Assembly: GCA_964615415.1 (NCBI GenBank)
Contig: CAZTNI010000002.1
Coordinates: forward strand, 190,745 to 254,744
Length of the DNA stretch: 64,000 nucleotides
Reading direction: 5' to 3'
Source: an uncultured Candidatus Saccharibacteria bacterium
Lineage (GTDB): Bacteria > Patescibacteriota > Minisyncoccia > Phycocordibacterales > SBAW01
A program made the position numbers and the translations under genes. The notes below the pieces were generated by a model. That model saw only the letters and a list, made by a program, of their open reading frames with translations, searched no databases and had not been told where the DNA came from. Shown piece after piece: positions 35,546 through 43,078 of this stretch. Within the stretch, counting starts at the first letter, position 1; the number at the start of each line of letters is the position of its first letter.

Positions 35546-36919
35546 TTATCTACCAATGCCGCGATATGCGATTCCTGCTTCTTCAAATGCTTCTTTGGAG
35601 AGACAGTTGCGCCCATCGATTACACTCGTAACGCCGTACTCTTTCAGGATAGTAGGGGAAAGGCTGGTAAACACATCATGTGCGGTCGCAATAACCACTG
35701 CATCTGCACCACGCAACGCTTCGCTCAGTGTCAGCGCGGTGGAATGCTCATGAATAAACGGATCGAACGAGCGCACGCGAGCAGCACGATTGGTAAGGAT
35801 CTTTGCTATCTCAAGCGCCGGACTCTCGCGCAAATCGCTCATATTTGCCTTATAGGAAAGCCCGAGGAGTGCCACGGTCGCATGCTCAATACTCTTGCCT
35901 TGCTTACGCAACTCTTCTTCAAGGAGAGAAACAGTAAAGGTCGGCATGCCGTTATTAATGTCTCGTGCCAAGGAAAGGAATCGATGCGTGAAGCCGTTTT
36001 CCTTCGCATAGCGAATAAGGTAGTACGGGTCGACAGGAATGCAGTGCCCGCCCACCCCACACCCTGGCGTATGCAACATAAAACCGAATGGCTTTGTCGC
36101 CGCACCTTGGAGCACGTGCAGTACGTCGATATTAAGTTTCGCAAACGACATGGCAAGCTCGTTCACGAACGCAATATTCACATCACGGAAAGAATTTTCC
36201 ACCATTTTGACCGCCTCTGCTTCTTTAATGGTGTGCATACGGTGGATAGGTGCACGCAAAATAGATGTATAGAATGCCGCAGCTTGTTCGCGCGCTTCTT
36301 TCGTTGTTGCGCCAAGTACGCGTGAGATTTTTTCTACCGGCCAGCGAGCGTCACCTGGATTGATACGTTCTGGACAATGTGCGAAGCCGAAATCTTTTCC
36401 TGCCTTCAGTCCAGAAATTTTTTCCATAGCAGGAATAAGAATCTCTTCTGCAGTACCAGGATTCACAGTAGATTCTGAAATGATCAATTGCCCCTTGCGC
36501 ATATGACGAGCAACCGCTTCACACGCACTCTTCAGGATCGTAAGGTCGGGAGTATGCGTATGATCTACCGGAGTAGGCACACAAATAATAACCGTGTCTG
36601 CATCTTTCACCGCGGCAAAGGTACTCTGCGCAACAAATGGTTCACGCCTAAGAGCCGCAGTAAAAACTTCATCCAGGTCGGGCACATCTGCACGACGTAT
36701 CTGGGCACGCTTTTTAGCGTCCACATCGATTCCTGTTACGGTATATCCTCGATCCCGTGCAAGAAGGGCGAGCGGCAAGCCGACATACCCGAGCCCCACG
36801 ACAACGACATGAGCAATCGCTACAGAAGAATGCGCAGGGGATGCTGCGGCGCTGACTGGAACTCCTCGAGACGCTTCGTGCTGTTTTTTCTCAGGTTGAA
36901 TTATTTGTTTCATATACAA
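35546..36919 (-). CDS. Nucleotide-sugar 6-dehydrogenase of the UDP-N-acetylhexosamine dehydrogenase (WecC/WbpA/TviB-like) subfamily
   Basis: Rossmann VVVVGLGYVGLPLALLARDRGY. ICVPTP. Catalytic-Cys motif GGHCIPVDP (the GGHC form rather than GGSC). C-terminal UDP-binding domain. Confidence 0.85.
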   Translation of the reverse strand: MYMKQIIQPEKKQHEASRGVPVSAAASPAHSSVAIAHVVVVGLGYVGLPLALLARDRGYTVTGIDVDAKKRAQIRRADVPDLDEVFTAALRREPFVAQSTFAAVKDADTVIICVPTPVDHTHTPDLTILKSACEAVARHMRKGQLIISESTVNPGTAEEILIPAMEKISGLKAGKDFGFAHCPERINPGDARWPVEKISRVLGATTKEAREQAAAFYTSILRAPIHRMHTIKEAEAVKMVENSFRDVNIAFVNELAMSFAKLNIDVLHVLQGAATKPFGFMLHTPGCGVGGHCIPVDPYYLIRYAKENGFTHRFLSLARDINNGMPTFTVSLLEEELRKQGKSIEHATVALLGLSYKANMSDLRESPALEIAKILTNRAARVRSFDPFIHEHSTALTLSEALRGADAVVIATAHDVFTSLSPTILKEYGVTSVIDGRNCLSKEAFEEAGIAYRGIGR

Positions 36920-36994
36920 TGGTGACGAGTGAAAGACCGCGCCTTACGCATTTCATGTCTCCTACAGGAAGAAGGATAGTGGCGCTTTGTATAC

Positions 36995-37035
36995 GATGAG
37001 GAGGTCGTGGCTTAACCGCTCGCGACCTCCTCATC
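36995..37035. repeat. Perfect 13-bp inverted repeat (stem-loop) without a U-tract, in the intergenic region upstream of the dehydrogenase/GT2 operon
   Basis: GATGAGGAGGTCG...15 nt...CGACCTCCTCATC read directly. No flanking T-run on either strand. Confidence 0.5.
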
Positions 37036-37218
37036 TCAAAGCATTAAGTCCATAATGCGTGAGTGCAGTTGCGTTGATAATTATTTGTGTAGAAAAAGCA
37101 GTGGCCCGGATGGGCTCATACTCTGCTCTATATATGTGCTATATGCGAATGGAACTAGTCGCACACATACAGTAGGTTCTCATATACCCTCTGAAGCACT
37201 CGTGAACGCTCTGCAGTA

Positions 37219-38283
37219 TTACTCATCAACAGTGTGCACCACACCACCATGCCCACCCTTTGAAAAATCGATGGACACCTCGCTGTTTCCTCGTACTGAA
37301 TTTCCTGGTGGAGATATGTCATGAGAAGTGCCCGACGGCAAAAAGACCGACACAGTCGTTCCTTTGCGCAATGCGCTTTGTATCGTGATGCGTCCATGGT
37401 GCACCCGCACAATTTCATTCACAATTGTTAATCCAAGACCCGAACCGGTCTTCCGTACTTTCCGCACACGAGACATGTCCGCGCGGTAAAACGGCTCAAA
37501 GATATGAAACAGATCTTCTTGAGAAATACCGATACCGTTATCGGTTATCGCAATATAAATCATGCCACGATAGTCAGGCCGCACCGCGATCGTCACCACG
37601 CCACTACCGTCTTTTGGCGTATAACTAATTGCATTTTTAAGAATATTAGTAATGACTTGCTCGATAGCAGTACTGTTGCCCCACACCACACAATACGTAT
37701 CTTTTTTTACAACCAGCTCAACACTGCGTTCTCGCGCGTATTGCACATGATGTCGTACTACTGTATCGACAATGGGGCCAAGATCTACATTTTGGAACTG
37801 CATACGCTCAGGACGCGTAAGAGTGTTGAGTGAAAGCAGGTTGTTAATAATTTCAGAAATACGATCAAGTTCCACCAACATTTCTTGCAAGGTGGCTCGT
37901 AATCCTGGAGATCCCTCACTTTCCAGAAGCGCCACCTCTGTAGAAGTTTTAATGGTAGAGAGGGGGGTCCGCAATTCGTGCGCAACGTTACTAATAAACA
38001 AACGCTGGTAGCGCAAACTATCGCGAGCAGGCTTCAGTGTAAAGCGCGCAAGCAAGATCCCAAACCCTGTAGCGATAGCGACCATGCCCGCGAAAAAGAA
38101 CCCCTGCACATCGGCAAACCGAAGCGCGAGCAAGAACGCCACGATACAGACAAACACAAGTACCGCTTGCAGAAATATGACATGAAGAGTGGTGCGGAAA
38201 AAGAGATCAGCTTTGTACTTCTCCCACCAATTTGTACCCCACTCCACGAACAGTTTCGAATAGTTTTTGACCTTCGCTATCAT
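37219..38283 (-). CDS. Sensor histidine kinase (2 TM, HisKA plus HATPase_c)
   Basis: H-box ISNVAHELRTPLSTIKT. G-box GSGLGLTIVNEIVRVHHGRITIQS. The annotated start overlaps the upstream regulator by 77 nt, so the true start may be a downstream GTG. Confidence 0.85.
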   Translation of the reverse strand: MIAKVKNYSKLFVEWGTNWWEKYKADLFFRTTLHVIFLQAVLVFVCIVAFLLALRFADVQGFFFAGMVAIATGFGILLARFTLKPARDSLRYQRLFISNVAHELRTPLSTIKTSTEVALLESEGSPGLRATLQEMLVELDRISEIINNLLSLNTLTRPERMQFQNVDLGPIVDTVVRHHVQYARERSVELVVKKDTYCVVWGNSTAIEQVITNILKNAISYTPKDGSGVVTIAVRPDYRGMIYIAITDNGIGISQEDLFHIFEPFYRADMSRVRKVRKTGSGLGLTIVNEIVRVHHGRITIQSALRKGTTVSVFLPSGTSHDISPPGNSVRGNSEVSIDFSKGGHGGVVHTVDE

Positions 38284-38896
38284 TGCTCAATTTTTTTCGA
38301 AGATTTTTCATATGCACGTCAAGCACATTGCTCCATGAGAGGGAATTGAAGTCCCACACATGATCAAACAATTTTTCACGCGACAACACCACCCCCGGCT
38401 CACGCATAAAACACTCAAGCAGCGCAAACTCTTTAAGAGTCAGTGGCACTTCTTTACCCGTTTTCTTAACAGTACGGGTAGCAGTATCCATCTCGAGTGG
38501 ACCAACTTTAAGCACAATCTGTTGTGGTACTGCAGGGCGACGCATTGCAGAGTTAATACGTGCAATGAGCTCCTCGAACGAGAATGGTTTTACAATATAA
38601 TCGTCCGCACCCTTGTTAAGCAGATCGACTTTATGTTCAGTCTCGTTACGAGCAGTCAGAATAATGATGGGAGTGGTCACGCCTTCCTTGCGTACACTGT
38701 CCGTGATGGTCGCACCATCGACGCCCGGCAGCATTAAGTCCAGCAAGATAAGATCGTACTCGTCGCGGTAAAGCAGGATACGGGTTCTGGCTTTTTCGCT
38801 ATCTGCGAGCCAGTCAACCGCATACCCTTTAAGCTCAAGTCCTTTTTTAAGGGCCCGCGCAAGTTTTTCTTCATCTTCAACTATGAGAATATGCAT
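38207..38896 (-). CDS. OmpR-family response regulator
   Basis: Receiver MHILIVEDEEKLARAL...LILLDLMLPGVDG. Winged-helix LTLKEFALLECFMREPGVVLSREKLFDHVWD. Confidence 0.9.
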   Translation of the reverse strand: MHILIVEDEEKLARALKKGLELKGYAVDWLADSEKARTRILLYRDEYDLILLDLMLPGVDGATITDSVRKEGVTTPIIILTARNETEHKVDLLNKGADDYIVKPFSFEELIARINSAMRRPAVPQQIVLKVGPLEMDTATRTVKKTGKEVPLTLKEFALLECFMREPGVVLSREKLFDHVWDFNSLSWSNVLDVHMKNLRKKLSNDSEGQKLFETVRGVGYKLVGEVQS

Positions 38897-39055
38897 AATG
38901 CAAAAATGATTACCTCATAAACAGCCGTATAGGTATACCGTTACAGTATGACAAGCATACATGAAGACTTTAGGAAGATACAAATTACCTTTATTTTAAG
39001 CCATTATTAAGGACAGTTTCGAGTATTGCAACCTCTCTGCGTGTATACTAGGCAC

Positions 39056-39637
39056 ATGGAATTTCTTTTGCAGCTTATACTGGACTATCGTTACTGGGTA
39101 CTCTTTCCCTTAGCATGTATCGAGGGACCCATTATTGGATTTGTGGCGGGCGTACTTGTGGCGGCAGATTTTTTTAATCCAATCGTCGTGTTTGGCGTCC
39201 TCATAGCAGGAGACGTGGTTCCTGACATAACCTACTACTGTATTGGTCGGTTTGGAAATAAAAAAGGATTTTTGGAACGCCTTCAAAAAAAATTACGGAT
39301 TCCTGATGAACAACTTACTAAAGTGCAGGAATTGTGGCACACCCGCACCACCCGCACGATGTTTATCACAAAGTTTGCATATGGGTTATCTACACCACTT
39401 TTAGTGACAGCGGGACTAGTACGACTCCCATTTAAAAAATTTATTCTGCACACCTCCTCACTTTCGGTCTTGCAATACAGCGTACTCATGACTCTGGGGT
39501 ATTTTTTAGGAAGTTCGTATAGTCTTGTAGAGGACGGCTTCTTACGAATCCAGATTTTTACTGCCGGTGTCGCAATTTTTGCAGGAATATTTTATTTTTT
39601 TGGAAAAAGTATTCGTCGGTTTTTTTGGCAAAACTAA
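39056..39637 (+). CDS. DedA (SNARE-associated) family membrane protein
   Basis: RYWVLFPLACIEGPIIGFVAGVL...AGDVVPDITYYCIGRFGNKKG typical of DedA. Start placed at the MEFLLQL Met. Confidence 0.75.
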   Translation: MEFLLQLILDYRYWVLFPLACIEGPIIGFVAGVLVAADFFNPIVVFGVLIAGDVVPDITYYCIGRFGNKKGFLERLQKKLRIPDEQLTKVQELWHTRTTRTMFITKFAYGLSTPLLVTAGLVRLPFKKFILHTSSLSVLQYSVLMTLGYFLGSSYSLVEDGFLRIQIFTAGVAIFAGIFYFFGKSIRRFFWQN

Positions 39638-40797
39638 GGAGATACGACTCGGGCATATATATCTTCCCAAGCATCTGCAATACGTGCTGGGGTAAATTGC
39701 TCTACAAATGTTTTTCCTTTTTCTCCCATACTCTGGCGCAACGAAGGAGAGCGCAGCAGTTGTTCCATCCGCTCTGCAAGTTCTTCAATATTTCCTGGTT
39801 CAACCAAAAAACCACACTCCTCTGGAGTGTAGTCCACAAGCCCTCGAGAACGGGCAGCGATTGCAGGCACACCATGTGCGTAGGCCTGCATTAACGACAG
39901 CGATTGCGTTTCTGCTGTCGACATGATGACGTACAAGTCAGAGGCACAGTAGAGCTCTGCCAGCTCTGCAGCACCAACGAAACCAACAAATCGCACCTGC
40001 TCTGCAACGCCGCAATCTTTCGCTAATTGTCGCAAATCAGCTTCGGCTGCGCCGCGTCCAGTAATAATAAGATGTGCGTTAGGGATATGTGTGCGGACTT
40101 TTGCAAACGCTTCAATAACAACATCGACACATTTTTCAGGTGCTAAACGACCCGAGACCAGCACCACCGGACCATCAATAGTCATCTTGTTTTTATACGC
40201 CGCACGAACTTCATCTTTTTGAAGCTGAGGGACCGGTGGCACAGGGTTTGCCTGACCCTTGCCCGGTTTTTTAAAGCCGACCGTACGCATCGCGTCAAGT
40301 AGTCCTTGGTATGGAGCGGTCACGAAGCGACAACGATTGTAGTAAAACGCATCATAGCGACGAGCAAGCGGGGCAAGAAATTCGCCCACAGGAATATACG
40401 CTACGAACTCTTCTATCGGCGTATGGTTAGTACCGACAAGCGGCACACGTAACAATCGCGAGGCAAGCAGCGCTTCTAATCCAACACCATACGGCGACTG
40501 GGTGTGAATAATATCCGGCTTAAACTTTTTTAAAAAAGGAATTGATGCGCCGAACGGAATAGCAAAACGCGATTGTCCGGTAGGAGAATTCGGCACGCCA
40601 ATGGAAGGGAGTCTCTTTACTGTCAGAGCATCTTTTTCTGGATGTGTATTTCCTTTGTATGCACCGGCAGGGTAGTGGGGAGCCACGTACACCACGTCGT
40701 GTCCGCGCTTCCGTAATTCTTCTCCGGTCGTAATGATCGAATCGGAAATACCGCTTAACTCCGGGTAAAAATTGTCAGAAAAATACGCGATACGCAT
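39634..40797 (-). CDS. GT4 (GT-B, Glycos_transf_1) glycosyltransferase
   Basis: MRIAYFSDNFYPELSGISD N-terminal domain. C-terminal ...LYVIMSTAETQSLSLMQAYAHGVPAIAARSRGLVDY...EPGNIEELAERM matches GT4. Confidence 0.85.
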   Translation of the reverse strand: MRIAYFSDNFYPELSGISDSIITTGEELRKRGHDVVYVAPHYPAGAYKGNTHPEKDALTVKRLPSIGVPNSPTGQSRFAIPFGASIPFLKKFKPDIIHTQSPYGVGLEALLASRLLRVPLVGTNHTPIEEFVAYIPVGEFLAPLARRYDAFYYNRCRFVTAPYQGLLDAMRTVGFKKPGKGQANPVPPVPQLQKDEVRAAYKNKMTIDGPVVLVSGRLAPEKCVDVVIEAFAKVRTHIPNAHLIITGRGAAEADLRQLAKDCGVAEQVRFVGFVGAAELAELYCASDLYVIMSTAETQSLSLMQAYAHGVPAIAARSRGLVDYTPEECGFLVEPGNIEELAERMEQLLRSPSLRQSMGEKGKTFVEQFTPARIADAWEDIYARVVSP

Positions 40798-40833
40798 GTA
40801 GATTTATATATAGCGTGAGTATACTATAGGATC

Positions 40834-41571
40834 ATGAAACTCAGCTTTGTGATCCCTGCGTATAACGAGGAAGCGCGGGTGGGGAAGTGTTTAGAATCTG
40901 TACTGAAAGAAATAGCAGGAAAAGAGGGGATTGAAGTAGTTGTGGTTAACAACGCCTCAACGGACCGCACCAAAGAAATTGCGATGGGCTTCCCCGGCGT
41001 ACGTGTTGTCGATGAAATGCAAAAAGGTCTCGTACGCGCTCGACAAGCAGGCTACAAAGCAACAACAGGCGAACTTATTGCAAATGTCGATTCTGACACA
41101 ATACTACCCCAGGGATGGGTTACGAAGGTGCTCCGCGCATTTGAAACAGACCGCACGTTAGTTGCGCTCAGCGGACCATATATATACTACGATCTTTCAC
41201 TGCTCAATCGCGCTCTCGTAAAACTGTTTTACTTCTTTGGATACGTGTTTTACCTCATCAACCACTTTATCCTCCACAAAGGCGCCATGCTCCAAGGAGG
41301 CAACTTTATTTTGCGCCGCACCGCACTCGACAAAATTGACGGCTTTGACACCTCAATCGAATTTTATGGCGAAGACACAGACATCGCGAACCGCATTAGC
41401 AAGGTCGGCAAAGTGCGCTGGACATTTAGCCTCCCGATGTACACCTCAGGGCGCCGCCTTAAAGAAGAAGGGGTGCTGCGTATGGGCTACAAATACGCAC
41501 TTAACTTTTTAGTCGTCACGTTTCGCGGCAAGCCGCACACCAAAGACTACAAAGATATTCGTTCCTCTTAA
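40834..41571 (+). CDS. GT2 (GT-A) glycosyltransferase
   Basis: SFVIPAYNEEARVGKCLESVL...VVVNNASTDRT...NVDSDTILPQGW. Confidence 0.85.
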   Translation: MKLSFVIPAYNEEARVGKCLESVLKEIAGKEGIEVVVVNNASTDRTKEIAMGFPGVRVVDEMQKGLVRARQAGYKATTGELIANVDSDTILPQGWVTKVLRAFETDRTLVALSGPYIYYDLSLLNRALVKLFYFFGYVFYLINHFILHKGAMLQGGNFILRRTALDKIDGFDTSIEFYGEDTDIANRISKVGKVRWTFSLPMYTSGRRLKEEGVLRMGYKYALNFLVVTFRGKPHTKDYKDIRSS

Positions 41572-41574
41572 TTG

Positions 41575-42351
41575 TTAGAGGATAATGAAGACAAAAAAGA
41601 GCGCCGCTATCACGATACGGTAGATACCAAACGGTATAAACGTGTGGCTACGCACGAAACGCAGCAGAGCTTTCATGCTGAGGAGTGCCACTGCAAACGC
41701 CGCGATAAAGCCTATAAAAAGCAGGCCGAACTGCTCGCTTGAAAACAGCGCAGCGTTTTTGTAGATGTCGTAAGTTGTGGCCATAGCCATAGTGGGCACC
41801 GCAAGCAAAAAAGAAAACTGCACTATAGCGACACGCGGCACTCCGAGGAGCAACCCTCCGACGATAGAAGCTGCAGAGCGCGACACTCCCGGCACAATCG
41901 CTATCGACTGAAATAGTCCCACTCCTACCGCTTGTTTGAGGCTAATAGTTTCAATAGAGTGCTGTTCGTCAGAACCACTTCGCTCTTTATGGAGCAGTTC
42001 AAAGACAATGAGCGCAATACCTCCCAGAAATAGCGCCCACACCACTACAACTGGGTTGCCGAGGAGATACTGCTTTGCAAATTCGTAAACAGTAAACCCT
42101 ATGATCGCAGTCGGTACAAATCCTGCTGCAATTTTGGTGAGAATGGGGAGCGAAAGAAAAGATTTCCAATACAGAACAACCACCGCCGCAATAGCGCCGA
42201 GCTGGATTGCGATCTCGAAACTCTTCAGAAATTCAGTCGTGGGTATGCCCAGCAGTGTGCTCGCCAAAATAAGGTGGCCCGTCGAGGAAATAGGTAGAAA
42301 CTCGGTTATTCCTTCAATTACGCCAAGGATAAGGGCTTCAAACCAGCTCAT
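41575..42351 (-). CDS. uppP: Undecaprenyl-diphosphatase (BacA/UppP)
   Basis: MSWFEALILGVIEGITEFLPISSTGHLIL. 8 TM helices. Confidence 0.9.
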   Translation of the reverse strand: MSWFEALILGVIEGITEFLPISSTGHLILASTLLGIPTTEFLKSFEIAIQLGAIAAVVVLYWKSFLSLPILTKIAAGFVPTAIIGFTVYEFAKQYLLGNPVVVVWALFLGGIALIVFELLHKERSGSDEQHSIETISLKQAVGVGLFQSIAIVPGVSRSAASIVGGLLLGVPRVAIVQFSFLLAVPTMAMATTYDIYKNAALFSSEQFGLLFIGFIAAFAVALLSMKALLRFVRSHTFIPFGIYRIVIAALFFVFIIL

Positions 42352-42388
42352 ATGCACTCACGATACCACAGTATCGGCGCGTGTTCAG

Positions 42389-42616
42389 TTAGCGGTATTC
42401 TGAATATTGAAATCGTCCGTGTACTGGAGATACGAGCGGGCTGTGGGTACGCTCTGCACGCTCAATAGCAGGAAGCGAATACTTTAGCACGCGAGCAACT
42501 TGAGACGGGTGCTCTTTGGTGGCATGATTCAGCACTTTGATTTTGTTCATCAGTGGTCGGTCTGTCGATCCCCACTCCTGATGTCCGCACTCACTACACG
42601 TTAGAGGTAGTTGCAT
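42389..42616 (-). CDS. Hypothetical small protein, weak call
   Basis: 75-aa ORF downstream of uppP. No recognisable features. Confidence 0.25.
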   Translation of the reverse strand: MQLPLTCSECGHQEWGSTDRPLMNKIKVLNHATKEHPSQVARVLKYSLPAIERAERTHSPLVSPVHGRFQYSEYR

Positions 42617-42782
42617 ATGTTAAAAAAGTTTGTGGTGTATATCTATCGACCTTTCGTCCACTAGTGTACGCAGGAGAGCCTGATGGCAGCATGAATATAG
42701 TGAAGAACGGAGTTGTCCCCACGCCTGGCCACCGTGGGTACATTGTGCTCTACAATTATTGTTGTATCCATAATTTTTAATC

Positions 42783-42935
42783 ATGGCCACAGTAGCCTAT
42801 TGTGTGAAATGCCGCGCAAAGCGCGACATGGTAGGAGCAAAAGAGGTAAGCATGAAAGGAGGCCGTCGCGCAATGCAAGGAACCTGCAGCAAGTGCGGCA
42901 CCAAAATGTTTATGATCATGGGAAAAGCAAAATAA
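42783..42935 (+). CDS. 50-aa zinc-ribbon protein (CxxC...CxxC), missed by the ORF track because it is shorter than 60 aa
   Basis: MATVAYCVKCRAKRDMVGAKEVSMKGGRRAMQGTCSKCGTKMFMIMGKAK read from the sequence. CATAAT -10-like element just upstream, suggesting a leaderless mRNA. Strong terminator downstream. Confidence 0.6.
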   Translation: MATVAYCVKCRAKRDMVGAKEVSMKGGRRAMQGTCSKCGTKMFMIMGKAK

Positions 42936-42948
42936 TTCCTCCTTCTGC

Positions 42949-42987
42949 TGTTTATCTGCAACCGCCACAACCCTCTGTAGGGTTGTG
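42949..42987 (+). terminator. Strong rho-independent terminator
   Basis: CAACCGCCACAACCCTctgtAGGGTTGTGGCGGTTttg. 15-bp stem. Confidence 0.75.
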
Positions 42988-43078
42988 GCGGTTTTGCTCA
43001 GAGCTACGTACAATGTGCTTCATGATTCGTTCAGGAAGATAAGATACCCTTATATTTATTATCTATAATCACTTTAGT

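Noticed and set aside
35426-36325. 299-aa + strand ORF overlapping the nucleotide-sugar dehydrogenase gene
   Set aside because: The dehydrogenase on the minus strand has Rossmann and GGHC catalytic motifs. The antisense ORF is Cys/Arg-rich with no motif.
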